A stretch of 62,756 nt of DNA from positions 1 to 62,756 of IMG/VR virus record IMGVR_UViG_3300034105_003214; one strand, 5' to 3'. This document shows, piece by piece, positions 30,556 through 40,242 of the stretch. The notes beneath the pieces are model-generated. The model worked only from the letters and a program-made list of their open reading frames with translations. It had not been told where the DNA came from and ran no database searches. A program made the position numbers and the translations under genes. The DNA is from a virus. Taxonomy: Duplodnaviria; Caudoviricetes. Numbering within the stretch: the first letter of the stretch is position 1; each line of letters starts with the position of its first letter.

Positions 30556-30781
30556 TTAATTATTTGTTTATATGAATAAGTATACGTATATTTGCAAAAA
30601 AATAAATACATTAGAATGAAATAAACTATAGTAATATAGTCTTTTTATAGGTTTCTATACATTTATAATAATGTAAAAATGTTTTATTATACTGATAAAA
30701 TAGAATGTATTAATGGTGGGTATTTTGACATTGTTTATACTGATGAAATAGAAATGATTAATAATATTAAAATAAATAAAA

Positions 30782-31822
30782 ATGTCAAATAAAAAAGATT
30801 ATTACGAATTATTAGAATTATCAAAAAATGATAAAAATTTATCAAAGGATGAATTTAAATCTAAATTAAAAAGTAATTATAAAAAATTATGTAAAATTCA
30901 TCACCCAGATAAAGGGGGTGATGAAAATGCATTCAAAGAAGTTAATGAAGCATATGAAGTTTTATCTGATAATGATAAGAAACAAAAATATGACCAATTT
31001 GGTCATGAGGGTCAACAAAACCAACAAAGAAATCCATTTGGTGGTTTTGATTTTAATGGATTCCAACAATCACCTGAACGTTTTGGTTATAATATGAGTT
31101 TAAACATTAGATTAACGCTAGAAGAAATTTATACAGGTGTTAAAAAAACTTATAAATATTCTAGACATGATAGTTGTGATTCTTGCGGTGGTCATGGTGG
31201 TACTGATATTGATAATTGTGGTTCATGTAATGGGTCAGGTGTTATTACCAGGGTATTGCAAACCCCAATAGGAATGATGCAACAATCAATGCCATGTCCA
31301 ACTTGTTCTGGTCTTGGTACTAAATATAAAGTTCAATGTGGTAAATGTAGTGGAAGTGGAACAAAAACAATAGAAGAAAAAATTGATGTTGATATTCCAT
31401 CTGGTGTTCAACAAGGTATGACATTTATCATGAAAGGAAAAGGTCATGCGATAAAAAGTGGTAAGTGTGGTGATTTACTTATTAACGTTCAAGAATTATT
31501 ACATAAAACATATGAAAGAAGTGGTAATGATTTAAAACTTAATTTGAAAGTAAATTATCCTTTGCTTGTTCTAGGTGGTAAAGTAGAAATAGAAACAATT
31601 GATGGTGGTAAAATTAGAGTTTCTATACCAGAATATAGCGATGTTGGTTCTAATTTGAGAATACAAAAGAAAGGTATGAAATTTTATGGTCAAGACCAAA
31701 GAGGTGATGTAGTTATTACATTAAATGTGGAGATACCAAAAGATTTAGATGATGATGCCAAATCATTATTAATAGATTTAAAAGAAAAACTTGAAAAAAA
31801 TGTTGCTACAACAGAAAATTAG
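30782..31822 (+). CDS. dnaJ: DnaJ chaperone
   Basis: J domain with HPD; four CxxCxGxG repeats; C-terminal domain. Confidence 0.95.
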   Translation: MSNKKDYYELLELSKNDKNLSKDEFKSKLKSNYKKLCKIHHPDKGGDENAFKEVNEAYEVLSDNDKKQKYDQFGHEGQQNQQRNPFGGFDFNGFQQSPERFGYNMSLNIRLTLEEIYTGVKKTYKYSRHDSCDSCGGHGGTDIDNCGSCNGSGVITRVLQTPIGMMQQSMPCPTCSGLGTKYKVQCGKCSGSGTKTIEEKIDVDIPSGVQQGMTFIMKGKGHAIKSGKCGDLLINVQELLHKTYERSGNDLKLNLKVNYPLLVLGGKVEIETIDGGKIRVSIPEYSDVGSNLRIQKKGMKFYGQDQRGDVVITLNVEIPKDLDDDAKSLLIDLKEKLEKNVATTEN

Positions 31823-31880
31823 TTGTAAGTTTGCTAAAATAATAAAATAACAATTACTTTATAAATTAAATTAAAACAAG

Positions 31881-32288
31881 ATGGCAAAATTTGACGAACC
31901 ATTTGAGGACACCCAAGCACTATATGATGAAAAAATCCAAGCTGTGGGGTTAGACCAATTCATTAACATTACCGTTGTAGTAAACAACACCGCAAAAGAA
32001 CTTTTTAAAGTTAACAAAGCAAACGATTTATTGAAATACCGTACTGGTGATGATGTATTAATCGTGTTAAACGAAAAGATTTTTGAACAACTAACTGATG
32101 CTCAAAAACACATTGTTGTTGAAGATTCATTAGCTAGCATCCATTTCGATACTGAGAAGGATAGATTAATAATAACAAAACCAGATGTTATTGCATACTC
32201 TGGTGTCCTTTCTAAGTTCACGTTTGAAACTTGGAATGTGGTTAGAGAGTCCATTAAAACTCTTTATGCTGCTGAAAAATCCGAATAA
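31881..32288 (+). CDS. Hypothetical protein, putative phage metallopeptidase-like fold lacking HExxH
   Basis: FEQLTDAQKHIVVEDSL...KPDV pattern. Confidence 0.45.
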   Translation: MAKFDEPFEDTQALYDEKIQAVGLDQFINITVVVNNTAKELFKVNKANDLLKYRTGDDVLIVLNEKIFEQLTDAQKHIVVEDSLASIHFDTEKDRLIITKPDVIAYSGVLSKFTFETWNVVRESIKTLYAAEKSE

Positions 32289-32290
32289 TT

Positions 32291-32590
32291 ATGGCTCGTG
32301 ATGAAATAGCAGAAATTAATCCAGAAGCATTATTATGTGATGGATTCGATGAAGCAATTATAGGCATGGGTGAGAGAATTAACCTTGGCCCTGTTGTTGC
32401 TTATGATGTTGAAAAAATGCTTAGCATATTAGCATTGGATATGGAAGTTGAGGAATCTGATTTACAAGAAGGTGAAACAATTGAAATGTTAAAATATAGT
32501 ATGGCTTTAGAATATTTTGAGTTCAATATAAAAGGTGCATGGATGGGTGAATTTACACCAGTATTCATAACCACAAGTTTAAGTTATTAA
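32291..32590 (+). CDS. Conserved phage hypothetical protein
   Basis: DGFDEAIIG...EYFEFNIKGAWMGEFTP. Confidence 0.6.
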   Translation: MARDEIAEINPEALLCDGFDEAIIGMGERINLGPVVAYDVEKMLSILALDMEVEESDLQEGETIEMLKYSMALEYFEFNIKGAWMGEFTPVFITTSLSY

Positions 32591-32605
32591 AATAAAATTA
32601 AAACA

Positions 32606-33325
32606 ATGAATTTAACACACGATTTTAAACAATATGCTAAAGAGAATTTTGGTGTAACTGATTACGAATTTAATACTTGGGAAGGTATTCAACAAATGAT
32701 TTATAACCCAACAGTATTATCTGGATTCCAAGGTGTAAACGCATCCCTAACACCATATATTCTTGAAGAAAGAGAAATGCGTGTAACACAAATGGATATT
32801 TTCTCACGTTTAATGATGGACCGTATTATTTGGTTAGCTGGTCCAGTTAACGATAGAATGAGCACTGTTGTACAAGCACAACTTATGTTCTTAGACAACT
32901 TAGAAGTAAAAGATATCACACTTCACGTAGATACACCTGGTGGGTCAGTTAAATCTGGATTATCCATCGTAGATGTTATCAACTATGTAAAATCTGATAT
33001 TGTTACAGTTAACACTGGTATGGCAGCAAGTATGGGTAGTATCTTATTGGGTTCTGGTACAAAAGGTAAACGTTATTCGTTGCCTAATAGTAGAGTAATG
33101 CTTCACCAAGTATCAACTGGTGCTTCTGGAAATATCCAAGACATCAGACGTTCAATTGCTGAAGGTGAAAAATACAATACTAAATTGTTTGGTTTATTAG
33201 GTCAATATTGTGATAAAACACCAGAACAAGTATTGGAAGATGCAAGTCGTGATTTATGGTTGGATGCTGAAGAAGCAAAAGAATACGGAATCATTGATGA
33301 TATCATCACCACAAAGAAAAAATAA
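32606..33325 (+). CDS. clpP: ClpP protease proteolytic subunit
   Basis: MDIFSRLMMDRII, TPGGSV, GMAASMG, RVMLHQ, RDLWLDAEEAKEYGIID. Confidence 0.95.
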   Translation: MNLTHDFKQYAKENFGVTDYEFNTWEGIQQMIYNPTVLSGFQGVNASLTPYILEEREMRVTQMDIFSRLMMDRIIWLAGPVNDRMSTVVQAQLMFLDNLEVKDITLHVDTPGGSVKSGLSIVDVINYVKSDIVTVNTGMAASMGSILLGSGTKGKRYSLPNSRVMLHQVSTGASGNIQDIRRSIAEGEKYNTKLFGLLGQYCDKTPEQVLEDASRDLWLDAEEAKEYGIIDDIITTKKK

Positions 33326-33442
33326 TAGCAAAAAAACTTGCATCGAATAAAAAGATGTAGTATATTTGCACAAGATTTAAGAATATGTGGGTTTTTTTAA
33401 TAAAATCCACATATTTATAAATCACAAGTTCTTAAACATTAT

Positions 33443-33815
33443 GGGGGTAAACGGTATCGACAGGGTATGGTCGTGAATTGTAAGCATGTAGTGCTAGATT
33501 GGAAGCACTTAAATCTGTCTATTAAAAAATTGAATTGACAACGTATTTAACGTATCAGAAAATTTCTTGAACGAAACATCAGTGTTTTCAACAAGAGAGG
33601 TTGCAGTAGCCTAACAACTGCCAATTGTGGTAATCCACTGGATGGTGATAAATCACTAGAACCCACTTTTGTATGAGTGGTTAAGTCGGATACAAGTCAT
33701 TATAGATATGGGACTAGCACTATCTTGAAAGATTGCCAGTTAAATGAATTGGATAAACATGTAGAAAGCCTTTTGTGAATGCTTTTGGACAGGGGTTCGA
33801 CTCCCCTTGCCTCCA
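33443..33815 (+). ncRNA. ssrA: tmRNA
   Basis: GGGGGTA/TGCCTCC acceptor stem with G3-U70, TATCGAC, GCATGT/ACATGT helix, T-arm AGGGG-TTCGACT-CCCCT; tag frame 33537-33614 DNVFNVSENFLNETSVFSTREVAVA*. Confidence 0.92.
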
Positions 33816-33930
33816 CTCTTAGTGATTCTGCTCAACAATAACCTTTGAGACAGAAATAACAAACCTCTGATAAGTCGCTTTTTCAGAGGTTAAATTTATC
33901 AAATAAAAAAAGGGCTTAATAGCCCTTTAA

Positions 33931-33981
33931 TTATTTTTTTGGTGGTTTACAACCGCAACCTTTAGTGTTCTGTGTTTTCAT
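33931..33981 (-). CDS. Putative 16-aa micropeptide MKTQNTKGCGCKPPKK
   Basis: Upstream GTATTTAT box near 34015-34023 on the minus strand; hairpin near 33909-33928 downstream. Confidence 0.35.
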   Translation of the reverse strand: MKTQNTKGCGCKPPKK

Positions 33982-34056
33982 GGTGTTAGTTTTTTAGATG
34001 ATGTTATGTTATATATAAATACTTGACAAATATATTTTATTTATTATATTTATGTT

Positions 34057-34296
34057 ATGAATGAAATTAAATATACGGTGTCAATTTTAGATAGTAAATG
34101 GCAACCAATAAAAAGAAATGTAGAAATGATTATCATCCCAAGAAGAGATGAATATGTCTATATGAATGAACAATATTATGAAGTTCTTAATGTCGTTCAT
34201 ACACTTAACGAAAAACAAGATATTTTTGTTATAGTTAATGAAATGGTAAAAAATATTAACCCACAAGAACCTGAAAATCAGGAAATTGAAAAATAA
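34057..34296 (+). CDS. Hypothetical protein
   Basis: ORF. Confidence 0.55.
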   Translation: MNEIKYTVSILDSKWQPIKRNVEMIIIPRRDEYVYMNEQYYEVLNVVHTLNEKQDIFVIVNEMVKNINPQEPENQEIEK

Positions 34297-34398
34297 TATA
34301 AAAATAGTTACAAAAAAACTTGTTATATCATATATTATTTAGTATATTTGCATATAATTAATAAACACACGTTCATACACATAATAAAAATATCTAAA

Positions 34399-34635
34399 AA
34401 GATGGGTTCTGCAACAAAAAAACAGACAAACTTAAGAGGCTAATTTGGTATGGAAGATATTTTATCTTCCCATGATTAGAAAAAATGGTAATTTCTCCAT
34501 TCAAAAGAAAACCGTCAACCACCCCAAAAGGTGCAAGTAGGATGTAGTTGAATAATAGTAAACTCTCGCCAAAGCAAAGCCGAAGACGTAAAATGGGTTA
34601 ATCCGCTGGGATGAAAAATACAAATAACCATCTTG
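34399..34635 (+). ncRNA. Putative ncRNA B of the TNCWGCAA family
   Basis: AAGATGG/CCATCTT closing stem, TTCTGCAA box, internal hairpins, no long ORF. Confidence 0.55.
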
Positions 34636-34647
34636 AGATAAATTTTA

Positions 34648-34707
34648 TGGGACAGGACATTTAACTTGGACAGCCAAAAGGCAGAGTTGTAAGTCTGGAC
34701 AGTCCCA
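34648..34707 (+). ncRNA. Putative structured RNA
   Basis: TGGGAC/GTCCCA closing stem, internal GCC-AAAA-GGC hairpin, repeated GGACA. Confidence 0.35.
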
Positions 34708-34722
34708 AATTAAATTGACAAA

Positions 34723-34773
34723 AGAATCAGTTCAGCAATCAAACAACACTTTATATGGAAAAAAGTGATTCTG
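34723..34773 (+). ncRNA. Putative ncRNA C of the TNCWGCAA family
   Basis: AGAATCA/TGATTCT stem, TTCAGCAA box. Confidence 0.55.
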
Positions 34774-34783
34774 GTCAACAATA

Positions 34784-34855
34784 TTACTATAAGCATGAGG
34801 GAAGTGCGGCATCCACTGGGGGTGAGGGTAAAAGGTTCGAGTCCTTTATAGTAGT
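34784..34855 (+). tRNA. tRNA-Pro(GGG)-like, poorly paired anticodon stem
   Basis: TTACTAT/ATAGTAG acceptor, GCAT/GTGC D-stem, CTGGGGG loop, AAAGG-TTCGAGT-CCTTT T-arm. Confidence 0.5.
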
Positions 34856-34862
34856 CTAATAA

Positions 34863-34937
34863 TGCGGAAGAGTGAAACGGAATATCACACTAGTCTCATA
34901 AGCTCGTAATATTGGGTTCGACTCCCATTTTCCGCAA
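34863..34937 (+). tRNA. tRNA-Met(CAT)
   Basis: TGCGGAA/TTCCGCA acceptor, CTCATAA loop, TGGG-TTCGACT-CCCA. Confidence 0.75.
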
Positions 34938-34942
34938 CTAAA

Positions 34943-35002
34943 AGAATGGTTACAGCAATTAAAAATATTTATCTGTAAAATAAACCAAAAAATGCTATTC
35001 TG
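34943..35002 (+). ncRNA. Putative ncRNA D of the TNCWGCAA family with a Tyr(GTA)-like anticodon hairpin
   Basis: AGAATGG/CTATTCT stem, TACAGCAA box, TTTAT-CTGTAAA-ATAAA. Confidence 0.55.
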
Positions 35003-35011
35003 AAATTTAAG

Positions 35012-35037
35012 AAGCCCATAGAAATATGGGCTTTTTT
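35012..35037 (+). terminator. Intrinsic terminator closing the first RNA island
   Basis: AAGCCCATA-GAAA-TATGGGCTTTTTT. Confidence 0.7.
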
Positions 35038-35100
35038 ATTTTACAAAAAGTTTGTTTATGTAAAAAATATTTTGTAAGTTTGTAAAAAAAAAAGAAAATT

Positions 35101-35424
35101 ATGAGTGAAACACCTAAAAAACTTAGATTCGGTTTAATTGAATCTCACAGCTACTCCGTATGGTACGATTCTATGACCATTGACGTATCAGACTATCCTG
35201 AATTGGAAGGTATGAGTAAAGAAGAAATGATTTCATATATCAACGAAAATTTCTGGGATATGAAATCGATGGAAGATGATGAATATACTTTGTTAGATGA
35301 TTTACAAAATATGGGTGACGTAAAAGATAAAATTTACGATGAAGAAAAAGAACTATATTTTGAAGAAATTGATGAAGATGATTATGATGAAGATGATGAA
35401 GATGATGAAGAAGAAGAGGAATAA
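35101..35424 (+). CDS. Very acidic hypothetical protein, paralog of next gene
   Basis: DVSDYPELEGMSKEEMISYINENFWDMK; D/E tail. Confidence 0.65.
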   Translation: MSETPKKLRFGLIESHSYSVWYDSMTIDVSDYPELEGMSKEEMISYINENFWDMKSMEDDEYTLLDDLQNMGDVKDKIYDEEKELYFEEIDEDDYDEDDEDDEEEEE

Positions 35425-35447
35425 TAATAAATTAAATAAATAAAATT

Positions 35448-35732
35448 ATGTCAGAAGAAAAAAAAGAAACACCTAAAACAATTTCAGTATTTGCAACTGA
35501 AGGTTACTCAACGTATATTGTTAGAGAACCAATCGAACTTAATGTTGAAGACTATCCAGAATTAGCTGGAATGGATAGAAAAGAAGCTATTGATTATATT
35601 GAATCAAACGCATGGGAAATGAAACCAACGAATGAAGAAGGTTATTATGAATCATTAGGTGAGGAACTTAACGATATGGATATTCATAGAGAGAAGTTAA
35701 ATAATGAATCTCAAGAGATAAACGCTGAATAA
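35448..35732 (+). CDS. Acidic hypothetical protein, paralog of previous gene
   Basis: NVEDYPELAGMDRKEAIDYIESNAWEMK. Confidence 0.65.
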   Translation: MSEEKKETPKTISVFATEGYSTYIVREPIELNVEDYPELAGMDRKEAIDYIESNAWEMKPTNEEGYYESLGEELNDMDIHREKLNNESQEINAE

Positions 35733-36271
35733 TGAAATATAAAATAACCGTAAGTGGATATGGTTGTGATGCAATTATCCATACAATAAGTGAAGAACAA
35801 TTAGAAACATTTACAGAAAATAATGTTTCTGATGGTGAGATGACTAATGAAGAAATTTGTGATGTATTAGAACTTGATAGTATTTATGATTCTGATGATA
35901 TTGTTAATGGTCTTTATTTTGATAATGAAGAGTTAATAAATACTATGGAAATTGTTGTTGAAGATGAAGATGGGAATGAAGTTTGGAAATCTGATAAAAA
36001 TTTTTCATTTGATTATGATAGTTTTGAAACTACTTTTCATTTTTACAATGATAACTATTTCATTGTTGAATCAATGCAAAAAGGTCAATTTAGAATATTT
36101 GATTTGGAAACTGAAGAATTTAACCCAAAATTGTTAACACCAGTGGTTGTTGAATTATTAGATGGTGCTTTTGAACTAATTACATCATTACATTATGATG
36201 GTGAAGAATTAGATGGTGATTTTGGTGATACCAGAAATACAGGTGATAATTATTCTTTATTTGAAGCTTAA
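35732..36271 (+). CDS. Acidic hypothetical protein
   Basis: D/E-rich ORF. Confidence 0.6.
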   Translation: MKYKITVSGYGCDAIIHTISEEQLETFTENNVSDGEMTNEEICDVLELDSIYDSDDIVNGLYFDNEELINTMEIVVEDEDGNEVWKSDKNFSFDYDSFETTFHFYNDNYFIVESMQKGQFRIFDLETEEFNPKLLTPVVVELLDGAFELITSLHYDGEELDGDFGDTRNTGDNYSLFEA

Positions 36272-36275
36272 ATAT

Positions 36276-36785
36276 ATGGAAAATAAACTACCCTCACTTC
36301 TTATTGTGGGTCACGCCAGGCATGCGAAAGATACATTTGCTGAAATTCTCAGAGATGAGTTTGGATTAACATTTATTTCATCATCACAAGCTGCTGCTGA
36401 TATATTCATTTATGATGAATTAAAAGAAAAATACGGATACACAACATCTATTGAATGTTTTGAGGACCGTATGAATCATAGACAAGAATGGTATGAAATG
36501 ATTTGTGATTATAACAAAGATGATAAAGCCAAGCTTGCTAAGGGTATTCTAGCAATGGCAGATTGTTATGTCGGCATGCGAGATAGGGGTGAGATTGAAG
36601 AATGTATCAAACAAGGACTTTTTGATTTGGTTATTTGGATTGATGCAAGTGAAAGATTACCTTTGGAAGATGCGAGTTCATTCAACATAGATAAATCATG
36701 TGCTGATATAATCGTTGATAATAATGGTACAGAAGCTCAATTTAGGGAACGAGTTAAAAGACTTGGAAACATATTAAAAAAATAG
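36276..36785 (+). CDS. P-loop dNMP-kinase-like protein
   Basis: IVGHARHAKDT, VGMR...E, IWIDA, ADIIVDNNG; ATG at 36276. Confidence 0.6.
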   Translation: MENKLPSLLIVGHARHAKDTFAEILRDEFGLTFISSSQAAADIFIYDELKEKYGYTTSIECFEDRMNHRQEWYEMICDYNKDDKAKLAKGILAMADCYVGMRDRGEIEECIKQGLFDLVIWIDASERLPLEDASSFNIDKSCADIIVDNNGTEAQFRERVKRLGNILKK

Positions 36786-36827
36786 GGCCTTATGGGCCCT
36801 TTTTTATTTTAATAGATATTTATAGGT

Positions 36828-39008
36828 ATGAAGAATATAATTAAACAATTACTTAGAGAAGGATTAGCTATAAATGAGATTTATGGTAAAAAAACACTAG
36901 ATATATTAACTAAAAAATTTAATGATACATCTGAAAATATGATAAATAAATTAGCTATTGCTAGTTTGTTTAGAAATGAAATTGGTGATATTCAACAATA
37001 TAAAACCAAAGAACAATTTGATGTTGTTTTTAATAAATGGTACGAATCAACATTAAATAATTTAATTAAAACTTCCTCATTCCCAGAAAACAAAGAATTG
37101 GCTAAAAAATACTTGGATGCTTATATTACCAACATTAAATCATTAGGTCAATCAGCAATGCCATTCTCAATGAAAAAAATTGAAAGTGGATTGGTTGATT
37201 TGGTTAATAATAATCGTTGGATTAAAGATAGTGAAATAAAACAAGGAAATACAATATATAACCCTAAAGATGAAGATATTGTATTTGAAAATGATAATGT
37301 TATTATTTTGGATACCAATACCAAGGCTAAATGTGTTATGTATGGACAAGGTGAATCATGGTGTATAACCAAACCTGAATTGAACTATTACAACACATAT
37401 AGACTTAGCTATAAGGCAACACCTTATTTTGTTTTACAAAAAAATATACAAGGTAATGAACATAAATTTGTTATAATGAATTATGGTTATAGAGGATACG
37501 CAATTGCTGATAGAAGCAATACTGGTGAAAGAAGCGGTAGTTCAAGCGATGCAATGCCATGGGATGAAATAGAACAACAATTACCTAACTTACAAGGTCT
37601 AGAAAGATATTTTCCATATAGAGAAATTACTGACGATGAGAATAGATATGCTGAATTATTGGATAAGGTTAAGGCTAATTTTGTTGGTGATGATTTGCAA
37701 GACCTTGTTGATAGAAGCATAAAAGGACTTATAATAAATGGTTCTCAAGTCACACCAGCTGATTTTATTAGAGATTTAGCTACAAACCAAATGGCTTTTA
37801 ATTTAGAACAATTAAAAAGCCTGCGAAAAGAAACCATGGATAGTCTTATTGAAGTTGGTTATTTTGTTAACAGGTATATAGATAGCAAATTATATGAAGA
37901 AGTTCTATCACCAACTCAAATAAATCGTATTATAAAATTAAAAATTGATAGCAATGTTCTACTTAGCGATTCTTTTTATAAATTTATGTCTGAAGACAGT
38001 ATTAAAAAATATTTGATGCTTAGGGTAAATGGTAATAACACTGGTGTTTCTGATGCGTGGAGAAGTGGTATTAATCAAACAAAACTGGACTATGATGAAT
38101 TACAGAATATAAAAAAATTGTTACCATCAGTTAAGATAAATATAGACAGATATGATTTAAATGATGGTAATGACTTATTTTGTGCTATTTATGCTGAAAA
38201 TAGTATCATTAAATCACCTGAAGTTAAAGAAAATTTAAATAAATTGTCGAAACATCAAGTATCGTTGTTAATTTACGATTACCCTGAATTAGCTAAGTAT
38301 TTAGTTAAAACAGAAGGTTTTGATGAAATAGGTACATGGCAATTATCTAATATATTAGAAAAAGACTCTAGTAGTTATAAAGCAATATTAGATAATGTAT
38401 CAGAAGAAAAAAAATTAGACCTTTTAGATAGATTAAAATATGGTAATTTGCTTCCTTTGTTAATAAGAGATAAATATATTGTTATAAATACTAAAGAAGA
38501 ATTTGATGCACTTAGATATACTTTGTTATATGATACTAAAGCCAAGGCTTTTGTTTATAAACCAGAATTGTTGAGGTTTGTTGATAGTTCTTATGACCTT
38601 GAAAAGGTTTTATCAAATCAACCGACACTGTTTAAACAATTAGGTGATAGGATTAATAATATTACTGATTATGATTTAAAAGACATAATAGTAAAAAATC
38701 CAAAAGCCTTAAAATATATACCTGATGAACGTATTGATAAAATGGATGAATATAGAATATACAGTATGATACGTGATAAACCAATTCTAGTGCGTCAATT
38801 TTATAATAAGATTAGTATGAACTATATGATTGATTTGATTAAATCTGCTCCTAAGGTAATCCAATACTTACCAGATTCGATACTTAAACAATTGGATAAA
38901 TATGATATGACAAATATTCTTTACAAGAAAGAATTATACCCATATATGGAACCAATAATTGACAAATATATGCCAGATGACAAAGAGTTTATATTATCTA
39001 GAATATAA
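36828..39008 (+). CDS. Large hypothetical protein with IKQLLRE leader, WCIT motif and helical repeats
   Basis: YGQGESWCIT...Y; C-terminal repeats of the P.L.KY.P type. Confidence 0.65.
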   Translation: MKNIIKQLLREGLAINEIYGKKTLDILTKKFNDTSENMINKLAIASLFRNEIGDIQQYKTKEQFDVVFNKWYESTLNNLIKTSSFPENKELAKKYLDAYITNIKSLGQSAMPFSMKKIESGLVDLVNNNRWIKDSEIKQGNTIYNPKDEDIVFENDNVIILDTNTKAKCVMYGQGESWCITKPELNYYNTYRLSYKATPYFVLQKNIQGNEHKFVIMNYGYRGYAIADRSNTGERSGSSSDAMPWDEIEQQLPNLQGLERYFPYREITDDENRYAELLDKVKANFVGDDLQDLVDRSIKGLIINGSQVTPADFIRDLATNQMAFNLEQLKSLRKETMDSLIEVGYFVNRYIDSKLYEEVLSPTQINRIIKLKIDSNVLLSDSFYKFMSEDSIKKYLMLRVNGNNTGVSDAWRSGINQTKLDYDELQNIKKLLPSVKINIDRYDLNDGNDLFCAIYAENSIIKSPEVKENLNKLSKHQVSLLIYDYPELAKYLVKTEGFDEIGTWQLSNILEKDSSSYKAILDNVSEEKKLDLLDRLKYGNLLPLLIRDKYIVINTKEEFDALRYTLLYDTKAKAFVYKPELLRFVDSSYDLEKVLSNQPTLFKQLGDRINNITDYDLKDIIVKNPKALKYIPDERIDKMDEYRIYSMIRDKPILVRQFYNKISMNYMIDLIKSAPKVIQYLPDSILKQLDKYDMTNILYKKELYPYMEPIIDKYMPDDKEFILSRI

Positions 39009-39055
39009 TTCTAGATAATATTTGGTAGTTTAAAAAATAATTATATCTTTGCAAC

Positions 39056-40189
39056 ATGATAAAAATAAAACAAAATATAGATTTACCTAATGAGGTAAAA
39101 TTGATACACAAAATTTTTCGAATTGAAGGGTTTGAATTATTTTTGATTGGTGGGGCTGTTCGTGATGCTGTGTTGGGAACGATACCCAAGGATTTTGATT
39201 TGGTTACCAATGCAGTACCAGAAAAGGTTATTGCATTGTTGGAATATCAGGAGTTTGTTATTAACATTTTAGTAACGGGAAAAGCATTTGGAGTAATCAA
39301 TGTAATTACCAATACTCACGAATTTGAGATAGCAACTATGCGTCAAGATGTCGGTTCAGGTAGAAGACCTGAATCGGTTGTATTTACTAATATCGAAACA
39401 GATATCTTACGTAGAGATTTGACCTGTAATGCATTATTTTTTGATATTGATACCAAAGAGATAGTTGACTTAGTTGGTGGTGTAAATGACCTTAAAAGAG
39501 GTATAGTGAGGACTGTAGGTGCTGCTGAAGATAGATTTGGTGAGGATAGGCTTAGAATCTTAAGAGCAATTAGATTTGCTGGTAGATTTGGAAGTGATTT
39601 AGACCCTAATGTCGATGCTGCATTGCAAAAAGATGCAAGTCTTGTTGGAATTTCTGGTGAAAGAATTAGAGATGAATTTATCAAAGGTATCATATCAGCC
39701 AAATCAACAGATGGTTATTTATTGATGTTAGATAAATACAAATTGTTTGATTGGGTTTTTCCTAATTTAAATGTTGATAGAAGAGTCTTTAGAAGAAACC
39801 TAGATTACAAAGGAGATGATTACGTAGTATTATTGGCTAGATTATTAAAAGATAATAGTATTGAGGTATTGAGAAAGAAATTAAATGAATTGAAATACTC
39901 AGCAGATGAAATTAAAGCTATTGTATTTTTAATATCGTTATTAAAGTTAGATGTTAATACAGCTTACTTATTAAAAAAGATACAACAAACTTCTGGTGTT
40001 AATAATGACCAAATTAGAAACTTTGGTACTAACGAGGGTATATCATCACAGTTATTAGATGCTTTTGAAAATTTTAGGTTAACTGTAACTGGACCAGAGG
40101 CGATGAGTAAATTCAATATAAAACCTGGTCCTGAATTAGGTAAAGCCATAGAGAAAATGGAAACTGATAATTTCCAAAAATTATTATAA
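39056..40189 (+). CDS. cca: Class II tRNA nucleotidyltransferase (CCA-adding enzyme family)
   Basis: GGAVRD, PKDFD, EIAT.R, RRDLTCNA, EDRLRILRAIRF, SGERIRDE. Confidence 0.9.
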   Translation: MIKIKQNIDLPNEVKLIHKIFRIEGFELFLIGGAVRDAVLGTIPKDFDLVTNAVPEKVIALLEYQEFVINILVTGKAFGVINVITNTHEFEIATMRQDVGSGRRPESVVFTNIETDILRRDLTCNALFFDIDTKEIVDLVGGVNDLKRGIVRTVGAAEDRFGEDRLRILRAIRFAGRFGSDLDPNVDAALQKDASLVGISGERIRDEFIKGIISAKSTDGYLLMLDKYKLFDWVFPNLNVDRRVFRRNLDYKGDDYVVLLARLLKDNSIEVLRKKLNELKYSADEIKAIVFLISLLKLDVNTAYLLKKIQQTSGVNNDQIRNFGTNEGISSQLLDAFENFRLTVTGPEAMSKFNIKPGPELGKAIEKMETDNFQKLL

Positions 40190-40242
40190 TAATATTGATT
40201 TTTATTTTGCCATTGTTATATTTATAATAAAAATTAATAACA

